Shown here one piece after another: positions 22,855-35,542 of a DNA stretch of 38,722 nucleotides. Positions within the stretch are counted from its first letter, which is position 1. Every line of letters begins with the position of its first letter. The notes under the pieces were generated by a model, which saw only the letters and a program-made list of their open reading frames with translations, was not told where the DNA came from and searched no databases. Origin of the DNA: Octopus bimaculoides (lineage: Eukaryota); assembly GCF_001194135.2 (NCBI RefSeq), contig NC_068989.1, positions 82,831,562 to 82,870,283 on the forward strand, written 5' to 3'. Position numbers and translations under genes: made by a program.

Positions 22855-23105
22855 TCTCGAATTCGCACACATACACATAATGAGGGTGTGTCTCCCGGCG
22901 GCTTATCCTAAAATATCAGGACTACTGATGTTGAAATTGTCACTGCTAATAAGACAAGACTGAATTCCTTCAGAGTTTTGTTAATAACAGAAAGGAAATG
23001 AAGCTGGAATAGCATTTATTATAGTATGTTGTTGAGGGCTTGATGGTGGTAGGTGTGTGTATAGTGTTGAGAGAGTTGCAGTGTTTATTTTGTGTGTATG
23101 TGCGT

Positions 23106-23137
<32 letters not shown>

Positions 23138-23333
23138 ATTGATGCAGACAGCACGATATCAAAGTAGAAGGATCGGGGTAGCGGCGTTGTGTGTGTGTGT
23201 AAAGTAGATCCTTACCTCTGTATAAGACCCTGAACTCGCCGTCTACTGTGTCACAGAGAACATTAAGTTGCTTTTATGTAGGTAAATTGGAAGAGACAGG
23301 ACAAATATCTTTATGGAGATTTGCCAGCAGCAG

Positions 23334-23500
23334 GCTGGCTCATTTGTGTACAGGGGTGTACGGTTTGCTTAGTGGACTGGTTCATTTATGAATAAGGGCG
23401 AGTTGTTTGGTTTAGCTTAGTTCATTTCTGGATAGGGGTTTTATGATTTGGTGAACAGACTGGGTCATTTGTAGATAGGGGTGTAAGGTTTGTGTGGCAC
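23334..23500. repeat. Degenerate ~42-bp minisatellite, about 4 copies
   Basis: Recurring ctggttcattt.tggataggggtgtaaggttt. Confidence 0.55.
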
Positions 23501-23607
23501 CTTGGTTTCAACTGTACATGGCTTTGCTGGTATTGATGTGATGGTTGGTCTGATGAGCGGCCTGGTGAGTTTGTGGTTGAGTTTATTAGTGTAGTATTAA
23601 TGATGTG

Positions 23608-23981
23608 TGGAGGCGCAATGGCCCAGTGGTTAGGGTAGCGGACTCACGGTTTCGATTCCCAGACCGGCGTTGTGAGTGTTTATTGAGCGAAAACACCTAA
23701 AGTTCCACGAGGCTCCGGCAGGGGGTGGTGGCGAACTCTGCTGTACTCTTTCACCACAACTTTCTCTCACTCTTTCTTCCTGTTTCTGTCGTGCCTGTAA
23801 TTCAAAGGGTTAGCCTTGTCACGCTGTGTCATGCTGAATATCCCCGAGAACTACGTCAAGGGTACACGTGTCTGTGGAGTGCTCAGCCACTTGCACGTTA
23901 ATTTCACGAGCAGGCTGTTCCTGTTCCGTTGATCGGATCAACTGGAACCCTCGTCGTTGTAACCGACGGAGTGCCAACAAC
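23608..23981 (+). mobile_element. SINE family C, full length, with 12-bp TSD
   Basis: TSD attaatgatgtg at 23596-23607 and 23982-23993; short (AAC) tail; head has a deletion between the two tcgcggt-like repeats relative to the 12087 copy. Confidence 0.92.
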
Positions 23982-24080
23982 ATTAATGATGTGGTGTGGG
24001 AGTATTATGTTTGGGGTAATGTTTGTTGTGGTGTTTGTGATGTGTGAGCTCCAGTTGTATTGGTTACCTGTAATAAATGG

Positions 24081-24292
24081 TTTCAAATTTTGGCACAAGA
24101 CCAGTAATTTCAAGGGAGGCGGTAAGTCGATTACATCGACCCCGATTCTCAACTGGTACTTATTTTATCGACCCCGAAATGGATGAAAGGCAAAGTGGAT
24201 CTCGGCAGAATTTGAACTCAGAACATAAAGACGGTCGAAATGCCGCTAATCATTTAGCCCGGCGTGCTAATGATTCTGCCAGCTCGCCGCCT
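24081..24292 (-). mobile_element. SINE family A, full length
   Basis: Reverse complement of head ggcggcgagctggcagaatc, B box and body. Confidence 0.85.
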
Positions 24293-24299
24293 GTAATAT

Positions 24300-24480
24300 T
24301 CTTTTCTACTTTAGGTACAAGGCCTGAAATTTTGGGGGAGTGGGGTCAGTCGATTAGATCAACTCAGCCACTTGCACGTTAATTTCGGGAGCAGGCTTTG
24401 ATAAAGTAAACCCTTCAAGACAGTGCCCCAGCATGGTCGCAGTCCGATGACTGCGACCAGAGGATAAAAGGAGAGACGTA
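24300..24480. mobile_element. Mosaic of SINE A tail, SINE C fragment and SINE B 3' end
   Basis: 24300-24360 A tail (minus); 24362-24396 ctcagccacttgcacgttaatttc as at 23883; 24420-24470 cagtgccccagcatggtcgcagtc (family B 3' end). Confidence 0.65.
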
Positions 24481-24574
24481 AATACAAAAAGAAGACTAAA
24501 AAAATTTTTTAATGTAAAATTGCATCCCCCTCCCCACCACACGACTATCTATTTCTTCCCGGTGTCTGAATATT

Positions 24575-24740
24575 CTTTTCTGCTCTAAGCACAAGCTGAA
24601 CTTTTTGGGGAGGGGGCCAGTCAATTAGATCGACTGGTACTTAATTTATTGACCCCGAAAGGATGAAAGGCAAAGTCAACCTCGGCGGAATTTGAACTCA
24701 GAGCGTAAAGGCAGACGAAATACTGCCAGCTCGTCGCCTT
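24575..24740 (-). mobile_element. SINE family A with 16-bp imperfect TSD
   Basis: Flanks ccggtgtctgaatatt (24559-24574) and ccggcatctgaatatt (24741-24756). Confidence 0.85.
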
Positions 24741-25101
24741 CCGGCATCTGAATATTACATTATCCAAATACAGTCTTAGTATCTGTTTTTTATTCACTAA
24801 AGTGTGATTAAAGGGAAGTGGGTTTGCTATTTCTAGCTTTTTAATGACCCTGTAGATGCTCTACTCATTGAATTATTTAAAACTCCACCCCGTCCTCAAC
24901 AAATCGAATAAACAAATTGGTCTTCCAGGAGTATTTGTACCACTTTTTTCTGATATTGTTGATCACTGCCGCTTCAAGGCATGGTCACTCTAGGCAGCTT
25001 GCCCAGGGGACCTATGGGTGTAGGGGACCCAATTCTGATCTATGTATGCTGTGATTTGCTCCCTCCCACCAAATGTCGGGCCTTGTGCTTACAGTAGAAA
25101 A

Positions 25102-25302
25102 GAATCGATAGGACGTCGGATGAAATGCTTAGCGGTATTTCGTCTGTCTTTATGTTCTGAGTTCAAATTCTGCCGAGGTCGATTTTACCTTTCATCCTTT
25201 CGCGGGTCAATAAATTAAGTACCAGTTGAATACTGGGGTCGACGTAATCGACTAACTCCACCCCCCAAATTTCAGGCCTTGTGCTTATAGTAGAAAGGAT
25301 AT
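25102..25302 (+). mobile_element. SINE family A, preceded by a duplicated tail fragment at ~25060-25103
   Basis: gatgaaatgcttagcggtatttcg...gagttcaaattctgccgagg...ggccttgtgcttatagtagaaagg. Confidence 0.85.
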
Positions 25303-25560
25303 TGAGTACCCCATTCCCTCATTCTTTAGAAGTATATTCATATTCTTTGTAACGGATGTTGTTGTTATTTAACCATCAGGTCAACCCTAATTGATCACAC
25401 TGATCAAGGACATTCTAGCGGTGACCATCCCGACTACTTTCAAAACAGTGCATCCGAGACAACATTATCCAATGTCTTTTTTTTTTTGTCTCGAAAAAAG
25501 AAAAAAAAAAACTAGAGTGTCATTTGAGGAATATTGAGTTGCTGTTTTTGGTTACAGTTG

Positions 25561-25738
25561 CAGGGGTAGGAAAACTTTTTTAATACTTGGGGTAGATCGC
25601 AAGAGCATATGGCTCCGTGAGTAAGGGATCATGTCTGTGCTGAGAAAACTAATAAATGTTTAATTTTACAAATATACAGGCGTATAAGATTTATATTAAA
25701 TTACTGTTTGGGTCTTAACTCGTGAAACTTGTTTTAAT
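25561..25738. mobile_element. Possible hAT MITE end truncated by a gap
   Basis: Starts CAGGGGTAGGAAAACTTTT, a hAT-type terminus; the partner TIR is not visible. Confidence 0.35.
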
Positions 25739-26204
25739 NNNNNNNNNNNNNNNNNNNNNNNNNNNNNNNNNNNNNNNNNNNNNNNNNNNNNNNNNNNNNN
25801 NNNNNNNNNNNNNNNNNNNNNNNNNNNNNNNNNNNNNNNNNNCGCCCACCCATCCATCCACCTACACACATACACACACACATCCTAAGTAGTTATAATA
25901 GATGTAGGATAATTAACAGGCATTAATTATTCTTGCCACAAGTATGCTACTAGCTAATCCGAAGACCTAGTTTTCGGTGACACGTTAATGCAGTGATTTC
26001 CGTTCCCAGCCATTTTATTATTATTATTTTTTTTTTACCTGTGGTCTCCTTTATTTCTATTTTACTCGAGTGGACCCTGCAAGCCATTCGATGTTTTAAA
26101 ACATCGTACTACACTCTTTTGTAATCAAATATTAGGAATTGTACGAAGAATTGCTGAAATATTTTGTATGAAGTAAGAAGTATAACCAATTTATTATACT
26201 TGTA

Positions 26205-26317
26205 TACTTTTGCTTGTTTCAGTCATTTCACTGCGGCCATGCTGGAGCACCGCCTTTAGTCGAGCAAATCGACCCCAGGACTTACTCTTTGTTAAGCCTA
26301 GTACTTAATCTATCGGT
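26205..26317 (-). mobile_element. SINE family B 3' end
   Basis: cttgtttcagtcatttcactgcggccatgctggagcaccgcctttagtcgagcaaatcgaccccagg. Confidence 0.8.
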
Positions 26318-26329
26318 TCAGAGACACGA

Positions 26330-26381
<52 letters not shown>

Positions 26382-26382
26382 A

Positions 26383-26534
26383 TATATAGCAATAAGAAAA
26401 TGGAGGGGAATATGTGGTACTCATCAACTTACAGACATTGTATTATTTATGTCAAAACAGGTAAATTGACATAATATAATGTCTGCAAGTTGATGAATAC
26501 CACCTATTCTCTTCCATTTTCTTATTGCTATATA
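26383..26534. repeat. Near-perfect palindrome, ~70-bp arms, 10-nt loop
   Basis: tatatagcaataagaaaatggaggggaatatgtggtactcatcaacttacagacattg...atgtcaa / ttgacat...aatgtctgcaagttgatgaataccacctattctcttccattttcttattgctatata. Confidence 0.9.
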
Positions 26535-26694
26535 AAATAAGGGTAAAATTTCCTTTTACCTGCACCCATTTATTGCACTTGGTAAAAACACTAGTGTAAT
26601 AATTATTGGGTATCCTTCCGGCAGTATATTGGATAGATATTATCCCTTAGTGGGTTAGATTCACAACCCCTAACTTTCTTGGATTATATATATT

Positions 26695-26841
26695 GGCTTC
26701 TTCCAGTTTACGTCTACCAAATCCACTCACAAGGCTTTGGTTGGCCCGAGGCTGTAGCAGAAAACACTTGCCCAAGGTGACACGCAGTGGCACTGAACCC
26801 GGAACCATGTGGTTGGGAAGCAAGCTTATTACCACACAGCC
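26695..26841 (-). mobile_element. SINE family B, 5' part
   Basis: gtctaccaaatccactcacaaggctttggttggcccgagg...cacttgcccaagg...accacacagcc. Confidence 0.85.
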
Positions 26842-26976
26842 TATTGCTCATAAATTTTAACAGCAAAATCTTATCTCAACCCACCAACTCCATGGGTCAT
26901 ATGGACCCTGGGTGAGAACCATTGTGCTAATTAATGTAAATTAACATCAGCAATGGTTTCTGATCTTTCCTCTTCT

Positions 26977-27391
26977 CTCTTTTACTTGATTTAGTAATTA
27001 GACTGCGGCCACGCTGGAGCGCCGCCTTGAGGAAATTTAGTCGAATGAATCGACCCCCAGTACTTTCTGTTTTTTTAAAGGCTGGTAGTTATTCTGAATA
27101 TCAAAACCTTTTGCTGAACCGCTAAGTTGCGGGGATGTTAACACACCAGCACCCGGTTGTCAAGCGGTGGTAGGGGACAAACAGACCCCCCCACACACAC
27201 ACACACGTAAATATGTATATATGCGACGGACTTCTTTCAGTTTCCATCTACCAAATGCACTCGGAAGGCTTTGGTCGGCTTAGGCCTATAGTGGAAGACG
27301 CTTGTCCAAGGTGGCACGCAGCGGGACTGAACCCGGGACCGTGTGGTTGGGTTGGGAAACAAGCTTCTTACCACACAGCCACGCCTGTGCC
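26977..27391 (-). mobile_element. SINE family B, full length
   Basis: Complete colinear match to 8977-9350 including the internal (CA)n. Confidence 0.88.
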
Positions 27392-27647
27392 TAATGTTGG
27401 CCTCATTATAATCATTGCGACAGAATTGTATCGTTTAATTCCCGGTACTTTATTTTATCGGCCCGTGAAAAAAGAAAATTTGCTTTCGTCTGGAGTTGAA
27501 TTAGGGACTTGACGCACTGCGTAAGTCCTTCAAGGCATTTAATCTTTCGCTCAACAAATTCTGCCTGCGACCCCCGACCGTTTTCTGTCTTAGTGCCAGT
27601 GCCCCACTAAACAGCAATAAGATGACGATATTAAATGATAGTTGTAA

Positions 27648-27679
<32 letters not shown>

Positions 27680-27838
27680 TAGTTGGTAGTGGTGTTGTGG
27701 TGTTAGTGTAGGGTGCTAAGAGGTTGAAGTGTTAGTTCGTAAAAATCCCTTAAGCTCATACGGTTTTTTCAGTACGTGTGTCTGTATGGTGTATAAATAT
27801 GTATAAGATATATATATATATATATCTATATATATATA

Positions 27839-27871
<33 letters not shown>

Positions 27872-28773
27872 NNNNNNNNNNNNNNNNNNNNNNNNNNNNN
27901 NNNNNNNNNNNNNNNNNNNNNNNNNNNNNNNNNNNNNNNNNNNNNNNNNNNNNNNNNNNNNNNNNNNNNNNNNNNNNNNNNNNNNNNNNNNNNNNNNNNN
28001 NNNNNNNNNNNNNNNNNNNNNNNNNNNNNNNNNNNNNNNNNNNNNNNNNNNNNNNNNNNNNNNNNNNNNNNNNNNNNNNNNNNNNNNNNNNNNNNNNNNN
28101 NNNNNNNNNNNNNNNNNNNNNNNNNNNNNNNNNNNNNNNNNNNNNNNNNNNNNNNNNNNNNNNNNNNNNNNNNNNNNNNNNNNNNNNNNNNNNNNNNNNN
28201 NNNNNNNNNNNNNNNNNNNNNNNNNNNNNNNNNNNNNNNNNNNNNNNNNNNNNNNNNNNNNNNNNNNNNNNNNNNNNNNNNNNNNNNNNNNNNNNNNNNN
28301 NNNNNNNNNNNNNNNNNNNNNNNNNNNNNNNNNNNNNNNNNNNNNNNNNNNNNNNNNNNNNNNNNNNNNNNNNNNNNNNNNNNNNNNNNNNNNNNNNNNN
28401 NNNNNNNNNNNNNNNNNNNNNNNNNNNNNNNNNNNNNNNNNNNNNNNNNNNNNNNNNNNNNNNNNNNNNNNNNNNNNNNNNNNNNNNNNNNNNNNNNNNN
28501 NNNNNNNNNNNNNNNNNNNNNNNNNNNNNNNNNNNNNNNNNNNNNNNNNNNNNNNNNNNNNNNNNNNNNNNNNNNNNNNNNNNNNNNNNNNNNNNNNNNN
28601 NNNNNNNNNNNNNNNNNNNNNNNNNNNNTATATATATAAGAGAGTAGTGGTGGGTGGACAGGCGATACGGGAGAGTCAAATCAACGGCGCCAAAATTCCA
28701 CGGTAGAGAGAACCTGGGACTTAATTTCTGCCTTGGTACTGGTTGGAATGCTTTAGAGGTAGCAACAGCAGTG

Positions 28774-28804
<31 letters not shown>

Positions 28805-29299
28805 TAGTAGTAATAGAGACGCCTTGGTAGTATTTATTGGATTAGAAGTGATTAATATTGTTGTTGTTGTTGTTGCGTTAATATTTTGTTGCACTGCTGG
28901 TTTTTATGTTTAATAATTATTTCCTCCAAGTGTTGAGGTTGGTAGGGCAGGACTGGCTGCAGTTTTGTCTTTTGGTTATTAGATCGACCCCATTGCATAG
29001 CTGGTTCTGATTTTTATCGTCTCCTCCGGTGGGATGAACGGGTTTAAAAAGTCCCACCCTACGGAGGGATTTTTAACGTAGAAGAACGTAGCGGTACGGA
29101 ATGCAAAACTAACAACACTAGGCACCTATTAAAATCACGCAACCTCCAATGAATTACACAAAGAGACCTTAAACGGGAGTGGGGAGCCTACAAGACGTTG
29201 GGGTCGGGCAAACCAGTTATGTAAAAGATGTGTGTGTGTGATAGATGTTATACAATTAAGGACGGCTATGAAGTTAAACATTTGTATATTTTACGTTTT

Positions 29300-29915
29300 C
29301 TTCGTTTCAATCATTGGACTGCGGCCATGCTGGGGTACCGCCGTGAAGGGTTTAGTCCAGAGGTTCTCAAACTTTTTGGGCCACTGCCCCACTCATGGCC
29401 ACATAATGCACCTCCAGCGCCCCACCCCCTATTTTTATGTATGGATAAATATTTTAGATTTTACTAATTTATATATACTATGAATCATTTGATATTTTAA
29501 TATATAATTTGTATACAATATTATAATGATATAATAAATTCATAGTGTCCCCCAATCCACTGCCTTCCTCCCAACGCCTCCTTTTTCTCTACTGTCCCCA
29601 CCCCCTTAGACACCAGCGACCATTTGGACCATCTCAACGCCCACTGGTGGAGGGGGGCGGTAGCGCCCTCTTTCAGAACCTATGGTTTGGTCGAACAAAT
29701 CGATCCCAGAACTCAGTTTTTTTAAAGACTGACACTTTATTCGAACAGTCACTTTTTGCCCAATTGCTAAGTTACCGACATGTAAACTAACCAACTCTAC
29801 ATGTCAAGCGATGGTGGAGGACACGCACGCATGTACGCGCACACACACTACATACACGCATACATTACACTCACACACACACATAACGTTCTTAATTTCC
29901 GTCTACCAAATACAC
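29300..29915 (-). mobile_element. SINE family B split by a hAT MITE
   Basis: SINE 3' part at 29300-29357 continues colinearly from 29685. Confidence 0.75.
29358..29684. mobile_element. hAT MITE with 8-bp TSD
   Basis: TIRs CAGAGGTTCTCAAA / TTTCAGAACCTATG; TSD gtttagtc (29350-29357) / gtttggtc (29685-29692). Confidence 0.85.
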
Positions 29916-30164
29916 TCACTAGATGTGTAGTAAAAATCGTAAACAAATATAAGCAAAAACACTAGCAATCAAATGGTTCCATCTCGAGTCTTGTCACTGT
30001 TGGTGGTGGGTGTCTGTTGCAGGAGGATGTAGTCGATTATAGCGGCCATCCTGTACTTGATTGGGTCTTTACTTTATTGCTGATGCACCGGTACAAAATG
30101 TGTCACAAATTGGGTTTAAATGACGTGTGAAGACAGACAGGCGTACGTTTGCGTGCGCGCGCGG

Positions 30165-30196
<32 letters not shown>

Positions 30197-30369
30197 TTAT
30201 AAAACACACACACTACATAAAAACAACAAAAAAGAATTCAGTCGTTACTTTGAGCTCTGGACTTTGGCATCTTGTACTCAGGTGCTACATGTGTCCAGAC
30301 AAATCCTAGGTTCTTATGATTCTATCGTTTAAGTATTCACTAATAAATTTGGGTCCTGTCTCCTTTTCA

Positions 30370-31060
30370 ACCAGCAGAGTATACCGTTCCTTCTCCTGCT
30401 TGGTCTTTTAGCAGATACTTCAGATTATCGTTAGCGATTCCAACGACCACGAATCTCATGCAATCCGGATGAATATGTAGAGGGCTTTTCTTGAACTTGA
30501 CTTCCGAATGTACTTATTTTTCAGTCTTTTGATTCTTTTGCTTCTTCATTGCCCTTCCAATATTTTGTCATAGTTCTTCAACTCCCCAAGGAGTATGGTC
30601 CTGATTTCTGGGGCGATGGCTCTCTGGCTTGTGACTTCACCGTCTCGTCATAGGCCTAATAATGCGTGTGAGCTCTGACTATTCTCCCCAGAGTTACAAG
30701 TAGTTCTGCACCATCAACTTTGATTCTTACCTCTGGCTCAGCTGTTATTGTTGTTGTTGTTGCTTCTCCTGCTGCTGCTATTCTCTTTCCTTCACTGTTT
30801 TTCTCCCTCCTGCATTGAAGGTTCTCAAGTGGTTCTCAAGCTATTTGACCTTCTGTTCTGTACCATCGGTCTGCTTGACTTCCTATCTTTCACGATGGTT
30901 ACAATTCCAGGATAACCTTTTGATTTTTTTCAAGAGGTTCATCCGGACCTTCAGGTAACTATTGACCCCGCTTGATTACAAGTTGTTGCGTGTTGTCTCA
31001 ACACTCACTACTTTTCCAAACTGTGCCACAAAGGTAATGATAAACTGTGTCACCCTCAGC
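30370..31060 (-). pseudogene. Possible decayed L1/Tx1-type ORF1 fragment (may continue at ~31730-32040)
   Basis: Minus-strand frames give FVAQFGKVVSVETTRNNL*SSGVNSYLKVRMNL (RRM-like, as in ORF1p), a K/E/Q-rich stretch and LHIHPDCMRFVVVGIANDNLKYLLKDQAGEGTVYSAG; many stops. Confidence 0.35.
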
Positions 31061-31348
31061 AATGGCCCCTGGCTGTGTCTATCGTATTTTCTTTCTTCAT
31101 ATATATTGTGTGGGTAGGCGATTTAAAAGTTCGAACGTCTTTCTTTCTCTTTTTTTTTTATTACATAAAGTACAAATAAAAACAATCCATTCACACAGGT
31201 ACGAGAAACCACCACTTAGCAGAGATGGAGGGCGCGCCCAGCATTCTACCCAACTTCCTTTATTAATTCAGCAAACGAAGTCCTCCAAAATAAACATCGA
31301 GCAATTTCTGCTTTTGTCAAGTAGTAAAGGGCCCTATGTTCTCTAGTG

Positions 31349-31721
31349 CAGTGGTTCTGAACGAGATCCGTATGACCTGAATTTTTTTAAAGGAGATCGG
31401 GGAGGTCCACATAAGCAACACACTGAATTTAGGAATATTTTAGGGGTTAATGAAAAAAACTTTGCTTTCGATACGTTTATTGTAAAATCAACTATGTTTC
31501 TTTCTCTGATGCTTTACACAGTTCAACACGTTTCTGGTCACTGAAGCATGTTCTGTCAATGAGTGCTCTTGCAAACCTTAGCAAGGGGAAAACAAAATGG
31601 AAATTTTGAAAGAAGTATCTATAACAACAGTTTTTTAAACATTGAATGGTTATGCGAGGGTCCACCAAAGTAAAATAGGAATCAAAGAAGTCCATAGGTA
31701 AAAAGTGATTGATAACCACTG
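31349..31721. mobile_element. hAT MITE with perfect 8-bp TSD
   Basis: TIRs CAGTGGTTCTGAAC / GATTGATAACCACTG; TSD ctctagtg at 31341-31348 and 31722-31729. Confidence 0.9.
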
Positions 31722-32842
31722 CTCTAGTGTTTGATTATTTGGTTGTTGTTGGACACCTGATATCATTTTTGTAGCAAACCTCTTTCTTCTAGATTTTCCT
31801 CGTAGCCATTTGCCATCGGTTCAATCAACAAAGTAATTGATTTGACCTCTCTTAGTCTTCTCATTACAATAAGGTCAGATCTCGCTCTTGTGAGATCAAC
31901 CATTGCTGAGACCTATACACTGAGGCATTAGTTCTTCGTCTGTCAACTCTACATGTCTCTTCGTTTCGTCATCGGCCTTAAAAACCGGGAACATGCTTCC
32001 ACATGCCTTTCCCTAGTTCATAGAAGACAAGTCCTGTCACACATTGATTAGCACCTCTTCCATTTCTTCTTTCGAGATCCTATAGAAATACTCTCTGAGA
32101 TGTTTTTCTCTTTTTTTTTCAGGCATACCGCGCCTTTTTTCCTCGTTCTTTTCTCTGTGTGTGTGTGTATGTATATATGTGTGTGTGCATGTATGTGCGT
32201 GCGCACATACACACAAACACATCCATAAAGAAAAAGAGTACTCGATGTCAATATTAGAGTATTTCATTTATTAAAAGCTACACTCCACATTTTGAAAAGT
32301 CTCTTCATATTTTGTCTGAAGATAGAAGACGCGAAACCCTGGAGGTATGTCCTCAGAAGTGGAGCTTTTAATGTAAATACAATGAAATGTAAAATAATGC
32401 TATAGACTATATGTCATGACATAACATAACACTTTATGTATATAATCATGATTACACTTCCCAATATGTCCTTTCCAATTTTAAAACGATATAATTTAAT
32501 AATTTGAGGGAGATTTTTGCTTCTATTTCGGTCGATCGACCGAGTCGAGGTCTTGTTGGTTCCATTAAACACCGTGTAATGTGGCTGAAGTAACCGACTT
32601 AGCCCTTAGCTTCCTCCACCTCCTAAATTGTGCTAATATGAGGAATTAGGTTTCTACACTATAATTGTTTATAATGTAGTGATTTGGTTCGTTTTAATCC
32701 GGAGAGAAAAAAATCTCATAATCCGGTAATTGTACGCAAATTAATTTGGATTATCTTTTAATTTATTTCCGATTAGCAAGTCTTGATCTGACTAGTTTTG
32801 CTGCTGCTACTTCTGTTGTTGTAGTGGTGGTGATGATGATGA

Positions 32843-32879
<37 letters not shown>

Positions 32880-32979
32880 TTCCTACCTTTTCGGACAAAA
32901 CCTTTTGTAACCTTCGTCCTGTCTTTGTCCTTACATGTTTTTAATTGATATTAGCCCTTGTGGCCAATAAAACGAATTA

Positions 32980-33026
<47 letters not shown>

Positions 33027-33289
33027 GTTGTTGTTCTTGTTGTTGTTGTTACTCTGTAGCCCCAGGTAAGCCATGGTCGAGTAAACCTGTGTATAAAGAC
33101 GATCCAGCAATGGCCATCCTGTCTTTAGTTCCCGCAGCGTATCTTACCCTACTTTATCTGATGCGTCTTCGATTATTGAAACGCAGCATTTTGTGATTTG
33201 GTGGTGGTGGTGGTGGTGGGGGTAGATTTGGTTGCTATTTGTTGCATATCGAGCAGTTTCGTGTAGACTCCTCTCATTGTTGTTTTCAC

Positions 33290-33840
33290 TGACTTCTTAA
33301 TTCTCCAATCACCCTTTCCTCTTTCCACCACTCAACCACTCTCTCTAACACACATACTTTTCCTCATTTAGCACTCTCACTATCGCCAGATCGCTACCTC
33401 TTTTTCTCTCACACGCTCCTTCTTTCTCTCTCTCTGAAGCGAACTCCTTTAATTCTTTCTCCTTCTCTCTCAAATCGCTTTCTCTCCCCTCCCCCCTCTC
33501 CTTTTCTCAAGCACACGAACTCTATAATTCTCTCCCTACTTGTACCGTTCTCTCCATCTGCACCTCAATATTCCATTCTATCTCTCCCTTTTTTGTTACT
33601 CTTCCTCATTTCTCTCTCTCTCCCCTTCTCTTTACCTCTCTGCGTGTCTACCTATCACCCTCCCTCCCTCTTTCTCTCTAACTCTCGCTCTCTCTTCTCT
33701 ATTAACCCACCCCGTCCCTTCTCTATATTCGTCACCGCATTCACTTCTCTCACGCTTTTCTCTCACCATCTCTCTCTATTTCTCTCACCACCTCTCTCTA
33801 TTCCTCTCACCACCTCTCTCTATTCCTCTCACCACCACCA
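33290..33840. repeat. Polypyrimidine low-complexity tract with ~22-bp tandem units at its end
   Basis: CT-rich tract; ctctctctattcctctcaccac-like unit repeated at ~33760-33835. Confidence 0.75.
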
Positions 33841-35071
33841 TCGAGATGACCTCAGGTCATGCTACTTCAATATTAGCCAATAATCACTTCTTGTGATAAT
33901 ATCTAAGTCTACGTTCTAATTACTGTTTAATATGAAATCAATGTTGGTGGTCGTGGATGTACTGGTGTTGGTGGTATTTATGCTTAGCTCAGGTTAGCTT
34001 TGATTCAACTAATATTCCAGTCATGACCACCCTAAGTGTATTTATCACTACAACAGCAAATATGTTCTTTAAAAAAGATAAGGTGTGATTTAAGGGGATT
34101 TTGGCTGTTATTTCTACCAGGTCCAGCGTCTATGTAGAGTAGACATGAGCAATATTGTTCGAGAAGCGGGGCCGCATTACTAAAGAATTTCAAGGTAATT
34201 TTTCGTAAGGCCTGTCGTTTAGAAAGTCCCACGGGCCGCAGTTTGCCCATGACTGATGCAGAAGCTCATTCATTGGCAGGGTGAGTGATGGTATTGATCC
34301 AGTTGTTGTTTAACTTCAGTTCGAATTTGCTTGATGAAACTCATAAGCAAAGGCATTCCAACTGTGGCCATCCTGTCCTATTTAGGACTTCGTGATCCTG
34401 TACCGCCTTTAATTTAAGACACTAAATAGGGTATGATTTGAGGGAGAGTGTTAGCTGACATTTCTAGCAAACCGAGTAACCACACAAATGCTCCTCATGG
34501 CGTTTGTGGTGTTTGTAAAGGTGTTGGTAGTTGGGTTGCGATAATGATGGTAGTGCGAAGGTAGTGCTGTGGTAGTGGTGGTGTTGGTAATGTTGGTGTG
34601 TGGGGAGCGTGGTAACGAAAGAGGCAGCCTTCAGATTTAATAATTGTCACAAGCACCTTCACCTGATATTTTACTTTCAAATAATATGCGTGTGCGTCCG
34701 TATATACGTGTGTACGGGTACGTATTATGTATATATATTTGTGTGTGTGTTCATACATACATATATATATATATATAGTTGATGTTTGGTCTGGGGGTGG
34801 TTGAATGGGTGAAAGGAAAGAGTTTAGAGGAACTCCATACATACCGATAGCTTCACAGATGAGCAGATTTCTGACACACATCTACTGTGTGTGTGTGTGT
34901 ACGTGTGTGTGTGTGCTTCAGCGTGTATGATTATTTTTAAGATTCAGTGGCGGTGCAGTGGGACTCCAGAGAATCAGTAACCCAATTCATATGAGCCCCT
35001 ATCTCATAATCCGAATAATAGCCACACAGCAAACCGACCTGGGAGGTCCTTACTATGTTACTTGGAGTTTG

Positions 35072-35156
<85 letters not shown>

Positions 35157-35355
35157 TACACACGCGCGCACACATCACCTTAGCCTCGTAAACAGTAACT
35201 ATTTAGAACTGTAATTGGTGAAATCAAGATACGACATCCCTAAAGTCTAAGACAAGTTGATCCCAAATCTAGCTCCCACCACCACTGACCTTGATTATAC
35301 TTGCAATACCAGCCATTCTTTAAACACATATACCCATATATTAAACATATATATA

Positions 35356-35542
35356 TACCGTATTTATTCGTGTACAAGTCGCTCCTCTAATTTAGGTATA
35401 AACTTTCTTGCAAAATTTTTCCCTTCATAATTTTAGCTTTTCCCCGTGTAGGAAGTCGCACCGCAGTCTTTTTTTTTTTTACATCCCAGTTAAAATCGAA
35501 TATAGAAATAGTGCGACTTATACGCGAGTGAATATGGCGGTA
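35356..35542. mobile_element. pogo/Tc2-like MITE
   Basis: TIRs taccgtatttattcgtgtacaagtcgc / gcgacttatacgcgagtgaatatgg. Confidence 0.7.

Noticed and set aside
23549-23575. CTGATGAG motif
   Set aside because: No stem II or GAAA follows.
33540-33896. L/S-rich ORFs, and the many CV/HT/IY-repeat ORFs elsewhere
   Set aside because: Translations of CT-, CA- and TA-microsatellite sequence.
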